Part shown: positions 38,781-51,400 of the stretch, in pieces | How positions within the stretch are numbered: the first letter of the stretch is position 1 | How the letters are laid out: every line of letters starts with the position of its first letter | Assembly: GCF_036321535.1 (NCBI RefSeq) | Contig: NC_087436.1 | Span: forward strand, 39,930,001 to 39,994,000 | DNA: 64,000 nt | Source: Camelus dromedarius | Lineage: Eukaryota | Reading direction: 5' to 3' | Notes under the pieces: generated by a model | What the model was told of the DNA's origin: nothing | The model's database searches: none | Seen by the model: only the letters and a program-made list of their open reading frames with translations | Translations under genes and position numbers: made by a program

Positions 38781-39854
38781 ATTTAGAGAATGTTACTTTT
38801 ACTGAGTAATTTTGGGGAATTATATTTCCAAATGAATGATGATGACCTCAAAATAGTTACTTTAGTAGGTTATATAATTTTAAATTATTCAGGTAATACA
38901 AGCAAAACTTCATTACTTTGGAAAATAGTTTTTAAAAAAAATTTATAAGTAAAAATCTAAAGATTTTATAAAAAATCTATTTCTGAGATTCTCTCTGACA
39001 GCTACATGTAGTAATTTGCAGGGAACTTTTCCATTCTTTGCCTCTAGCTCCACTTTCCACCAGAGAAGTAATTTTGTAGTAGATATCTCTTTTCGGGCTG
39101 TGAAGTCATCAACTTCAGTGATGGTAGAAATAATGGAAGCAAGTTTGTCCAGCATTCCCTCTCCCTCATTTAACTGATGAAAAATTGAGTCTCAAATTCA
39201 GAAAGTGGCTTGTCCAAGTTGAAGAAAATTTGGATGTTCTTAGCTAAGTAAAATAGAATGAATTTAAAATAAAATTTATTGCTGAATTGTTAGAAGTAAT
39301 AAATCAAGGAAAATATTTCAAAGCATCTGATGGCCACAAAAAACAAGAATTTTGGATACCATACGAGAGAACGAGGTATAATATTGTACTTTCCTTTTTA
39401 GAAAGAAGATAGTGGGGGATACCTAATTATAATAGTTATTAAAATTGTAGATTAATACTTAGGCTATAGATTCTGTTCTATTGATGGAACATGACAAAAG
39501 AACTGATTTGTCACCCTTCTGGGCTCCAAATTCTCTCACAGATCCCACTTAAATGTTACTATTTTTTACTTTCTGTTTGTGGTTTTTATATTTTATTGGT
39601 ATGTTCTCAGATTAATATCTTACAGCTCTTAGGAACTATTCATAGATCTATTTAGAACAACTCATTTATTTTATAAGTTAAAATAAATTAAAACTCCTGG
39701 AAGTGAGTTAAAACCCAGATTGAGTGATGTCACATTAGGAAATATGTAGGGTCTTATTTTTCTCATGTGTAAATGCTGTGCTTTTTCAAATTGACGCGGC
39801 AGATATCTTTTCTTTTCTTATATAGTTTTCATCTTATTCTTCACTAATCATTTT

Positions 39855-39966
39855 TCTTTTTCTTTCTTTCTTTTTTTTTTTTTTTTAATGGAGGTACTGC
39901 GGATTGAACCCAGGACCTTGTGCTTTGCTAAGCTTGTGCTCTACCACTGAGCTATACCCACCTCCC
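39855..39966 (-). mobile_element. tRNA-Ala-derived SINE (camelid Vic-1-like)
   Basis: Minus strand GGGTATAGCTCAGTGGTAGAGCACAAGCTTAGCA...GGTCCTGGGTTCAATCC...TACCTCCATT-poly(A), with an AGC anticodon-like loop. 14-bp TSD TCACTAA[T/A]CATTTT at 39841-39854 and 39967-39980. Confidence 0.92.
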
Positions 39967-41119
39967 TCACTAAACATTTTAATACTATTTTGAAAACCTA
40001 AATAACTTTAAGAAAATATTGACTAGCTTTAAAATTCTGGAGTAAATCCTGAATGAACAATAAGAGTGGCAAAGGGAGCTCTTAGGAGTTAAGGTCAAAA
40101 TATCAGAATTTGGAATTAGAATTTGGGTTCCCTATGCAGATACATTCTAAAGGCAAATATTATAAACAAAAGCATTTTTGAAGTCAAGCATCAGCTGAAT
40201 TATCCTATGGCAAAGCTCCCTTAACTGTGACAGTGGCTCTGCATCTAGAATTGAGATAAGTTACCCGGAGAACTTGGCAGTGTGTTCCTTTGGAATCTCT
40301 CTTTTTGAATTTCCTGCCTGACATGTAACTTTACAAGTGTCACAACAAATTAGCTCCAAAAGTAGTGAACAAAACATTACCTGCAATATCCTACATTCCT
40401 TTCAATATATATTTAAATACCATATACTAATAATTAAAAGAGAAACTGCTTTAAGATAAAGAAGCATTTTAAGAAACATGCCTAATTATTTCTTCCACTA
40501 GTAGAGATAGAGAGAGAAAGCCTTCTAGGTCTTTCCTCACTTCCTCTCTCTTTTAAAAATAATTAGATATATTGCATTTATGTAACTTTTTCCCCTAAAA
40601 TTCTTCATTTAGAGAATGCCTTGTAATTTCTACCCATGTTTATATATTATAAATAAGCTCCACGCAGGAGCACTTGAAGAGGTAGCACTTTTGCTGGGGC
40701 TTTTAGCAAGCAATGTGAATGAAAATTACAAGATTAATGTCATTATATGATAATTATTTTCATTTAAAAAATTTGTTTTACCCTAGTGGTTTGGAAATTA
40801 TTGTTAGTCAGAAGAAAATATTCTCTCTTCCTGAAACACCCTCTTCTGCAATTTAAGAAACATTTTTCTTTTATGAAGATGAATTCAATGAGGAGAACAG
40901 TTCACTGATCTTGATAATAGGACTGCAGAATAGCATCGACGGCTGGAGAGGCAAGCTGACCACCACTGTGGTTATTGCCTTGGCTATTTTAGGAATAGCC
41001 GCTGCTGACTCCTGGGAAAGCTTTGGTGTTGAATGGCAGTACACGTCTTCCATCTGAGATAACACGGACTCAGAGGGACCACCGGCTGCAAGAACATTGT
41101 TAGGCTGACCTTTCATGTT

Positions 41120-41330
41120 GGTGTGTACCAGTTGGGATGCTTCTGGCTCTAAATAACAAAATGCCTGACGCAAGTAAGGAAATACCAAAAGTTCGAAAGT
41201 CGTGGGGGTTCACGACCGATAGATTCAGCAGCTCAGTTATATCCTTAAGGAATCAGATTCCTCCTTCCCTCCGGTCTGCGTTTACAATACTCATTTCTCT
41301 CTGAGGTTCTTTCCCTGGGGTGAGATGGCT
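41120..41330 (-). mobile_element. MaLR LTR fragment (MLT1J/K/L-like), probably resuming after 41910
   Basis: CAGTTGGGATGCTTCTGGCT...AATAACAAAA...GATTCAGCAGCTCAG...AAGGAATCAGATTC...AGATGGCTG. Confidence 0.5.
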
Positions 41331-41331
41331 G

Positions 41332-41910
41332 TGTTTTGTGTCGGTCTCAGCCTGTGAATTACCAGTGTTGTGGCTGCACCTACGCTTGTGGTTCTTACTG
41401 TGACTGAAGACACCCTCAGCACTAGCCATCAGGAAACTTTGGGAAGAAAAAGAGAGAGAGAGAAATGTTTATTACTTACAAGTCCTGGAAATGACAGTGT
41501 ACACTTGGGGCCACATAGGGCGGTTACAGGGGAGAAAGAAGGAGGGCACGTGACAGGGTTCTGCTTTTATTGGAGTTGAGGGTGAGGGTGTAGGGTTTTT
41601 CAGATTCGCTCTGTATTGGTGAATAAAACCTAATAGCAGGAATTTAGAGCATGAGAAGAGAAAAAGCAAGGGCCCAAACGGCCAGTTACCGAAATCAACC
41701 AAGAGCTCTAGAACAAAGGGTCCTGGGGTGCGGGGCTGGTGTAGGGGATAGAGAGGCCCGAGGGTGGCCAGCCTCTTTATCTCCTCCCATGGGCTGGTGA
41801 GGTGTTCTTTGGAGACAGCCGTCTTTGAAGTGGATGCCTCCTCAATCAAAGCTTAAGCCAGGCACTTGCATTTTAAAAAAGATAAACTAGCTGACAAGGC
41901 TTATACTACA
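41332..41910 (-). mobile_element. Solo LTR, probably ERVL class (MER74/MER89-like)
   Basis: TG...CA bounded GC-richer block. Antisense poly(A) signal in GTTTATTACTTACAAGTCCTGG and antisense TATA-like CTGCTTTTATTGG; ends GCTTATACTACA. Confidence 0.6.
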
Positions 41911-42959
41911 GGTTACGGTAAGAAAAGACTCCACATGCTTTATTGTATCCACATCTCCTCTTTTGCATCTATAGAATACATTTCCCCCCAGTATTCTAAT
42001 TTAACACAAGTTGCTTGCCTGTTGCTGTGGGAAAACCCTGCAGTGATTGATCTGGGTTCCTTAACCAATTACTGGCAAGGGAAATGGGTATTGTGAGTAG
42101 TTTTATTAATAACGACCATTCCTGGATCTGAAGTCAATTCCTAAAACTATGTTTGTATCAAGGAAGGCTAGAATGAATACTGAAGACTCAAATACAATGG
42201 GTTCTTTTTTCCTATTTAACGGTCTCCTCTTATAGATGAACGTAAACAAAAGAATTTAAGAAAAAATTCCTAAGAAAAAGCTCCTAAGGGAACATGAATA
42301 TGAATAAATATGAAAGCCACAGGGTTCTAAACTTCCTTTATGTTTAACAAAGGATATCATTTTGCACATAAACCCCCATTTCCCTAATGGGAGATAAACA
42401 ATAATGATTAAATATGTCATTAAATTCCAGTTTAGAACTTTTTTTCCTCAGTCTAAATGAGTGCCTTTTGGGTAATTTATTCAATGAATTCAAAGTTTAA
42501 CTCCTTAGCACATCTGCCTCTCCAGCCTCCTAGGGTCCTTCTTGTTTCCCTCCCCTTCTGAATAGTATCTGAGTACAGGGGAAACTAGTATTTTTGCAAG
42601 TCGTCAGCAGGACGCCCCTGTTCACACAAAGCCATTTCTGCAACTCGGTCATGACTCAGGACTGCTGGGCTCTGAGTTAGAATCTGTTCTCACTGCCTCA
42701 GAGCTGGAGTCTCAGTCTGCTCTCTGAGCAAGAAAACTGCTCCAAGAGACCTGGGCCATTGCTCTTTGTTAACTAGGCACTACCCGGGCTGTTGATGACT
42801 TGCAGATGCCCTGATATCCGGTTGTAACTCCTTTTTGGTCCCTGGCTCTGGTGATTCCCTGTGTATCTTCAAATGTAGCTTCCCATCATGGCTTCTTGAT
42901 GTTGGGACTTCCCTGGTGTCTGAACTGGGACTTGCAGGGCATCATGAATCTTTGGGTAG

Positions 42960-43620
42960 CCAGCAAAGAGCACTTTGAGAGTTCTGAAGCCCTGTGGAGC
43001 TTCTCAGTGGAGGACTCATGGCATTGGCATGGGATTGGATGAGTAAGAGCCAGTATACTTGAGTGAGCTCTTTTAGGATGTTAACTCTGGCAAGGACCTG
43101 AGGGGATTCAGTAAACTCACTGGGAGGGTGGCTCTTAGAAGTCTGGAGACAGCAATAGCTCATACTGAGCAATGTTGAAATGCCTGAGTTATCACGGAGG
43201 ATGGGGGGAATGGGATTAAAGGGCTCAGAAAGAGAGGCATGTTGGAATGTGGACATTATGTGAAGCAGTAAGACCCACCAGGATGCATTTATGAGAGTCC
43301 AGAGGACATACCACTTGTGAAATGCACGAGGGATATGTCGCCTGAGAGAAGTATCAGGTCACTAAAAACAATGGTGGCTCTTATCTGCAGGCTAGGACCT
43401 GTATTAGGAAAGGTGGTCACAGAGCTTGACAAAAGGGATGATGAGGCCCTGAAGCAATAGGAGCCAGGAGTGGCACTTCAGCACCAGAAGCCAGGGGCTG
43501 CAACTGTTGTAACGAGATCAGCAACATTTATTTTTTTAAGTCACTGAAATCTTGATGCATGTTTGTTTTAGCAACTAGGATTCCCCTAACACAGAACGTT
43601 GAGCATTAAGGGGGCTACCA
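42960..43620 (+). mobile_element. MaLR/ERVL internal (gag-like) remnant plus an MLT LTR end
   Basis: GTTGAAATGCCTGAG...GGGATTAAAGGGCTCAG...GGCATGTTGGAATG resembles ERVL/MaLR gag. AAGTCACTGAAAT...TGTTTGTTTTAGCA resembles an MLT1 3' end. Confidence 0.6.
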
Positions 43621-45354
43621 TCATAGAAAACTAATACATATTTTATTAACTTAGACATTGGATGCCAGATGGTGAGGAAATATGAGAACTCTCATTTAGT
43701 TAATAATCCATTTTGGAAAACCAGATGTTTTGGGCAAAAGAGCTAACCAAGAGCCTATATCCTATTTTGTGTAAAGGAAAAAATTTTAAAAAGAATTATT
43801 AACCCTAATAGAAACCCTAGGGAAATATTAACCCTAAAACTTCGACCAATTTCCTTAAATGTAATTAATCTTAGTTAAATGTCTGTATATAAATTTTAAA
43901 AAATTTTAGATGAGAAAGCTTAAAATTGTTGCTTGGCAATAACTAGTGATTGCTTTGTATGTAAAAATGGTCTTCAGTATGCTTACATCTAATTCTGACA
44001 TTTTTATCAGTTATATTCAGAATATACCTTGAAATTTACCTGCACTTTTTTCTTTGTTGTTTAAAATGTTATACTAAGTTTTGGGAACTTAAGTATATGT
44101 TTTTCCCATTAAAATAGAAGCTGAAAAATGTTTTCTTGAGAGATATGCCTATTAAATATGTGTGCTGAAAACAAGATGTTTCCTACTGAAAAAGCATTTA
44201 ACTGGAAGATAGTGTTCAGGGTATGCTTGTAAATTCCACAGGAGAAATGCTGGAGGTATTAGTTATGCATTGAAAAGGTCCTAGTCGGTTTAGAGAATTT
44301 TCAGAGTCGGGGGCTGGACGGAGTGAACCGGAATGGTATGAAGAAGTAGTCAGAAATGTTTAAACTTGAAAGATTTCATTTGGCATCAAATATATTCAAA
44401 CCTAGTAGAAACCAATACCAGATAGTTAGTAGTCAAATAAGACTTTTTTGTGTCCCATTACCACATCTCACTCACCTTCCTCCAACCCGGGGGCTTGAGA
44501 GGTCACGAGGCATGAGTGGATGGAAGCTGGGGGGAGGGGGTAGCGCCAGGACAGGCTCCCAGCTTTCTCGGTTCCAAGGCAGAAAAGTGAAGTTTTAACT
44601 TTGAACAAGAAGTCTTTCCCACATATTTAGAAGTAGTTACTTGACCCCTTCTCGGCATGCTTTTGTGATTCTTCAGCGCTCCCCTTAACGCCTCTCTGTG
44701 CCTCTCTCACCCGCAGTTCTGCCGATTAGGACACTGCCAGATCACTGGCCTGGAGTGGGGCTTTTCTAAGCCCTGGATTCTGCAGTCCACCCCTGTTAAG
44801 CTGCCTCTTGGTTTTCGGTGTCCTCTAGGAGGCCTTCAGGCACAAAACAAGATTGCTTTTATCCTTTTTTTTTCCCCCCTCTCTCATTTTTAATTAATCA
44901 AGATGCTATTAACCCCTCCTCTCCCTGCTGTAAAAGCTTTTCTTTGCCTCTCCATCATATTCTTACTTACTTTCCCTCTCCTAGGTCTTTCTGGTGTGTT
45001 GAGAGCTTCAAATATATATTTATTCCCTTTCTCCCATTCCTTGTTCCCTATTTCTTTCTCCCCAAGGGAAAATTTGAAAAATTTTATGTCTACCACCTCT
45101 TACCCCAACTCTTGGTTTTGGGACATATAGAGTATTGAGGGTTTCCCTTAGAGTATGCCCTCTTTTGTTCCAGGTTTTATATTTTGTTTCCCCAGACTAT
45201 CTACCCGTTAAAATATGACTTAATAGAGATAGACACACTGACTCTGTGTTTGTATGTATATATATTCATTTATCATTCCATTTTTCATCATCCCCATCAA
45301 GTCTCGGTTCAGTTTCTTTTGTTATTTGGATGGTATTTCTTTCTTTCTTTTCTC

Positions 45355-45745
45355 TCCTGGAGATAAAGGGCAGTTTATTGCTCACAGCAATAGCAGTGGC
45401 CAGAGTTTCATCATTTCTCTTTTTTCACTTCCGCCAAATCCAATTCCTGCAGGGTGACAGAAAGAGATCATGTGACATATGCACACGTGGGGATGCTTTA
45501 CAGGAAAGGAATCCTGAGCTTAGGGAACACACAACTTTTAAAATGGGTGATAAGCCTACCTTGACTTTACCGTATGGAGAAACATTATTTTCATTATAAT
45601 GGCCAGTAAACAACTCTGCCCTTTATTATTTCTATCTTCCAAAGCTGTTCCCTATATAAACATTCTTGAATAGATGGTCCAGAGGAAAGGCAGTCTGCTC
45701 AGGAGACGCACAGAAATGCAAGAGACATTTGGGGATTGTCCCCCA
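45355..45745 (-). mobile_element. Old LTR (ERVL, MER54-like)
   Basis: CAGTTTATTGCTCACAGCAATAGCAG...GAATCCTGAGCTTAGGGAAC...TAAACATTCTTGAA resemble antisense ERVL LTR motifs. Confidence 0.5.
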
Positions 45746-46084
45746 GTCCTCCTTCTATGCAGTTTTCTCTCTCTCCTCCCTAAACACCCCTCTATGGAGC
45801 TGGTACTATCTGATAACCCTTTCTTGTTGCAGTCATCTACAAACCTTAGCTTACTCCCTCTCATTTTCTGAAAATTTCTGAAGAAATCAGTGTGTTGATT
45901 ATCCTTTTGATACAGTGGCCTTTTGGTTCCATGACTTCTTTTCCTTGATCATCATAAACTTGACTCTATTTTCTGATTATTTGTAAAACAGAGCATCACT
46001 TCAAACATTAGGTATTTGATGCACAGCATTTTCTTTTAGATGCTTTGGATAGTCTTTTAATTTTCTGAATGCTATGTACATATG

Positions 46085-46170
46085 TATGTTTACTCGTATT
46101 CAGGTGTAATTGACATGCAACATTATATAAATTTCAAATGTACGACATAATGATCCAATATTTGTAAATG
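46085..46170 (-). mobile_element. Short L1 3' terminus
   Basis: GGTGTAATTGACATGCAACATTATATAAATTTCAAATGTACGACATAATGAT matches the antisense extreme 3' end of laurasiatherian L1. Confidence 0.65.
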
Positions 46171-46626
46171 ATCTTTCTTATTCCTTGGCAGATGTATATA
46201 GTATTCTAAATTCTGGTATGGCAAATAGGATTGATGTCTGATGTCCACGTTCTTTTCTTTTTTCCCTATTAATTAATTTGTTCTTTCTGTCAAAGTATTT
46301 GAGGTTTTTTTTTTTTTCCAAACCTTTGGTTCAGAATTGTACTGAGCTATGATTTAGGCATGTGTAATTTTTCATCCTTCCACCTGAAAAAGAGGTCAGC
46401 CCTTCTAGTCTGCACACTCACATTTTTCTTTTACTTAGGAATTTTTATTGTTATTAGTTGTTTAATTATTGCCATTCTTCCATACCTTCATCCCCCCTCC
46501 CTCCTCATTTTGGACCTATTGTATTAGATCTCCTGTTTCTTCTCGCATAAGCTTTCTATCTCGGTATGTGTGTGTTCTGTGACATATTTTTTGAACTTAA
46601 AGTTTCAGACCAATAAAATGAGTCTT

Positions 46627-46763
46627 GGCAGGGGTGGGTATAGCTCAGCGGTAGTGTGTGCCTAGAATGCATGAAGTTCTGGGTTCAGTCCCCAGTATCT
46701 CCATTAAAAAATTAATTAATAAAAATTTAATCCCCCCACAAATAATGAACTAAATTTTAAAAG
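46627..46763 (+). mobile_element. tRNA-derived SINE (camelid Vic-1-like, longer-tailed form)
   Basis: GGGGTGGGTATAGCTCAGCGGTAG...TCTGGGTTCAGTCCCCAGTATCTCCATTAAAAA plus an AT-rich tail with a C-run. TSD ATGAGTCTT at 46618-46626 and 46764-46772. Confidence 0.92.
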
Positions 46764-47080
46764 ATGAGTCTTAAAAGTAACATACTTTCCTTAAAACATT
46801 TATTGATTTCTTTAGTTTGCTAAGATAAATTTGGCTCTAGAGTATCTTATTTTTATATGATGCACTGAACCTTAAGTGCTTTATTATTTACTTAGATATT
46901 TGTACAATTGACTCTTTAAGCAATTTTATATCTTTGACTTTTGTGTTCTGAAATATTTGCCTCACCTTGCCTCTCTATTAGACTCCCTTACGTAAGTTAT
47001 TTTTTGTCTGTAAAAAACTCATTTTGGCTCATAGCTGGTTATTATAGTATTCTCAGGATTCCATAGGTGGTGAAGGGTTT

Positions 47081-47629
47081 TATAAATAGTAATTTAAAGA
47101 AATGACCAAGATGGCCTTAATGTTCCCCTCAACTGGACTCAACTTTAGACAGGCTTATTCTTAATCATAGACCCCTGATCTCCCTCTTCTTAGAGCATTT
47201 ACCTTAGGAAACTGGTAGTTTTAAATTCTTTTGATGCTTCTTTCTAAAAGCTTCTTACCATTTTTATAACCTCTTCAAGACCTAGGGGATATCCCTTTGA
47301 AATATATTCATTAAGGAAGATAGCGCCCCTATCTTCCAGTCTGCAGTAGTGCAGGAGCCTAACTTCAATGAGCTCTGCTTAGCAAATAGGTGACTTAATC
47401 ACAGAGAAAAAAATTGCAGATTTAAGAAAACTCAATGTGCTTGACACATCTCATTTATGAACTTAGCCCCTAACATCCTCCAGTACTTTTTTACCAGCTC
47501 ACTTCAGCACTTAAAAACTCTCTTGACTTTTCTTTTAGCAGAAAGCAGTTCAGTCTCTCTCTTTTTCTGCAATAGTCTTGAATAAAGTCTTGCTTGTGTA
47601 ACTTTTCTAGTGCAGTTTTTGCTTTGATA
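47081..47629 (+). mobile_element. Old ERV1-class solo LTR (MER4-group-like)
   Basis: ACTTTAGACAGGCTT, TTAGAGCATTTACCTTAG, GGAGCCTAACTTC, and GCAATAGTCTTGAATAAAGTC with AATAAA at 47581-47586. Ends TTTGATA (decayed TGACA). Confidence 0.6.
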
Positions 47630-48422
47630 GAGCCTAGGAAGCCTTATCTTCTACATTTTTTGTCTCCATGGCAGGAGAAGCTCAGCTCACCAGTCAATCT
47701 CCCTTTAAACTCTAGAGAGTCAAGGATACCTGTTCTCCTCTTATGGGGTCTCTATCCCATAATGTATGAATGTCAGGCTTTCCAGTTATCTCTCTAGATT
47801 GAGATGCTTTCCTCTGGACATGCCCAAATTTATTTGTACATTTAGCCAAACTGCTGCCTGTTCACATCAACTATGTAATCTTTAAATTATCAAAGTGGCT
47901 AAATGTTTATAAGTATTCTAAATAACATAAAAAAAAGCTACCAAGCAAAAACGAGATTTCCTACTCTATAATTCCTTAGCCCCAATACTATTTGTTCAGA
48001 GCTTTGTCATAAAAACAGACTTTTGTTTTGATTTGTTCTGTTTTGTGCAAATGTAGACTCCTGCTAATCATATTTTTCTGTATCTTGTTATTTTTACTCC
48101 AATAGATCTTAGATATAATTTCTAAAATCTTGTAAAATTGGTACTTTTGAGGTCCTTGCATGCTACATCCTCATATTAAATATCAGCCAATATTAAAATC
48201 ACTCATAAATTAGGTTATGTTGCACACATAGTCATTGAATCTCCTGAAAGGAATGGAATCTAGGGAGCAGATAAAAATGTACTTCTTGGAAGACATTATG
48301 AACATTCACTTTGAACCAAGTTTTCTCTCTCAGGGGCTTTTAAATTTCTGTGCTAACACGGGAAAATATAGAATGATTCTATTAAACTATAGGTGAATTG
48401 GTTGAAAATAAACTGGCTGATT

Positions 48423-48473
48423 TGACAAATTGATCAAAATGACAAATTGCTCAACATGACAAATTGGTCAAAA
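48423..48473. repeat. Three tandem 17-bp units TGACAAATTGNTCAAMA
   Basis: TGACAAATTGATCAAAA / TGACAAATTGCTCAACA / TGACAAATTGGTCAAAA, read directly. Confidence 0.9.
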
Positions 48474-51400
48474 ATGAGTATTTCTAGGCATTGGTTTCCA
48501 ATTTTTTGTGATGTTGTGCACCATGGAGATAATTTTGCAATTTTTATGCACCTTTAAGTATTTTCATCTTTTAATCAAAAGTTGGGAGGAGGAGTAATTT
48601 TTTGTGAACTCTGAAAGAGTTTAAAAATGTGTTCATGTTTCTTAGCATTTTGATTCAATTTGCTTCTCTAAATGTGTCACTGAATGTGCACTGAGATTGC
48701 ACATACTTCCTTCTATAGCTTCAATCTTGAAAGCAGAAACTGTTTGAAATCACAGCAACATAATGGCATGGAAGGGTAAAAATTATCCTTAGAATGTGGC
48801 TGGAAAACCCTGCATTAGAGTGAAATATATATGCAATGGGAGAAGAGGACAACATGATTGAAATAAATGAAATAGATCCATTGACAGAATACTAATTAAT
48901 TTTAAAATATAAGAACTTGAGAAAATAGAAAATGTTATCCAAATGATGTTTAAAGTTTTGAAATTTGCCTTTAGCTCATTCACCTGAAGCTAGAAATAAA
49001 ATCAAAAATTAACACAAAACAAGCATTATGGTTAAAAGAGAATTTTTAAAAAGTAGAAGGAACACAAGTATAAAAATACATGTTATACCTCTGTGCTCAC
49101 AAAGTTAATAATATGTGAAAGTAAATAATTAGTGCTGGAAATACATTTGTGATTTCAAGTAAAATCACTTCATCAACTACCTTAAATTTGCTTTTTGTGT
49201 AAATCACTTAGCCATGAGCTGGCATGATGCCTAACAGTCCATAAATAACCTTAAGTATATTTTTTGTTTCTGTGGAAGTAATAAGATCTTTCTTATCATT
49301 TATTTTGATAAAGGGAGAGTGTAAATTCAAATCTCCATGGAAGAAACTTTGCTAACCTTTCATATATGATTTGAAGTCATTAAATATATTTTATTTGTGG
49401 CTTATGGGTTGAATTTTATCTTCATAGACAAAATTACATATCCAATAAAAGGAATTAAAATTAAGTTCCTGGGAAATATCATGTTTTCAGATGCTAAGAT
49501 GAACAGATTTAACTCATATTTACTCTGTGTGTCATCAGTAAGAGTAGAAGTGCCCATTATCTGTCTTTGTGCTCTTGTCTCCTTCCTGCATCTGGACAGG
49601 CAGCACATCGCGGAGCAGGCACAAGACTAACAATGGAACTATTCTGGGCAACATTGTCATTAGAGACACACTACAATTTCCAAAGAATGCTCGTTTTAGA
49701 AACAAGGGGGGAGAAAACTGTTTAGAGAAGATGAACTGATTTTTAAATTGAAAGACAGCATTAAAGAAAAATGGCCTTTCCTTAAAAACCAGGTTATTTT
49801 GAGAAATCTTTGACCATGTCAATGAGATTCAATTTCTAAAAGGTCATCAGTGAGAAATGTTTCCTTTCTAAAAAATGTTTTGCCTCCAACAAAGCAGATA
49901 TAACATAAAATGGTACTTTAAAAAATTATACACTTTTAAGCCAACATATTTAAATTTGTCCACTCAATATAAAGAAACTATAGAAAGGCAGGGTTCTCTT
50001 TATGTGGTTTTGTTGCTTTAGTTTAGTGAGCTGAGATGGCAAAGAAAACATTTTGTTTTGTAATAAGCAAACAGGAACCTAGGAAAACTTTAAGGAAAAA
50101 TGGAAGGCAGTTCACCAGTTGATCTTGGAATAGTGTCTGTATAATATTAATGAAGCACAATTATAAACTGTCTAAGAATGTGGCTGGTTCCCCTTTTCAT
50201 CTTACTGTTCTTATACTCCATTCTCAAGTGCTTGTAAATCCTCACTCCGTTGTAGAAAATATTTTTAGATAAATAATTCATCACTTTGACTTTTTTGAGG
50301 TATCAGATAGGAAAGGTCTAATGCAGAATAATCTCTCTCCAAATAAGCAGAAAAGGGACAAACTAGAAGAATGTGAAAAATGACTATCAGGCCTTTATGG
50401 AAGCTTACTGGTTAGAAAATTTTCTCTGGGGAATAATATCAGCTTGAGAAAAATAAATTCTTTCAGTTAAAAGATGAGAGAAAATCAATTAGATTCAAGT
50501 TTAATAACTCTCCATTTAGAAAGTGTGTCTGTGTGTGTATGTATACTCTAAGACAAGACAGTTTGATAGACAGATATAATACTCTCATTCCATAGTGACT
50601 GAAATCCATTTTGCTTATTGAAAATCACCAAAGAAAAAGAGCTAACAATAGCATCTGGCTATCAGCAACTTCTTAGGATTCTGTAATAGATATGTTAACT
50701 TGGGTTATTCCACTGAAAAACTGAATAAAATCGGAATCTAATTTTCTTCACAAATTTGCTCAGTGTATTGAGCCCACTTGAAAGTCCTCAGAAACATCAC
50801 CAGCCTGAAGTGGTCCCAGATAAAATACACTCTGGCTTGAATGGGACTTTTCAATTCAGTCTGGTCATCCTTGTAGAAAGCTTTTAGTACATCACTCATG
50901 TGAAAGCATAAATGTGCCTGTCTAAGCAGTTAATTTACTAGAATTTCACCCAGGTGTCTGCACACCACCGCAAGTCATCTTTTTGACTTTTCACATTTTG
51001 GAACGCTCAGAAATGCCTTATACTCTTAGATGAGACAGTCAATAGTCCAGGGTATTAAGTTAATATTTTAAACCAAGCACATGATACAGGTATAACTTCT
51101 AACAATGCCTTTTAAATTCTTGAAAATATCCCCACCTATATTTTTATTTTCTTTAAGACACATGCAGTCATTCCAGTGGAGGTTTTAACAAACCTATTGT
51201 TGGGTGGAAATGTCAACAGACGACTTATAACACTGCTTTGGAAGACATTTGAGGGTGGAAGCAGGTCCTTATCCTGGAAGACTCACTGGGGTTGGAGCTT
51301 TAAAACAAAAAAGAGGATTTGAGTCTCTGCTCTCACCTGAAGTAAACAAAACAGAGGGCTAGGAACAGATGACGGGCACTGTGTTCTAGACGAGATGGGG

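Noticed and set aside
43800..43837. Three AACCCTA telomere-like motifs
   Set aside because: Non-tandem and only three units; too little to call an interstitial telomere.
46630..46705. Apparent tRNA gene (also at about 17520-17600 and 39890-39966)
   Set aside because: These have A-rich tails, TSDs and broken stems, so they are SINE copies rather than tRNA genes.
48423..48473. CRISPR-like array
   Set aside because: The units are 17 bp and head-to-tail with no spacers, in a mammalian context.
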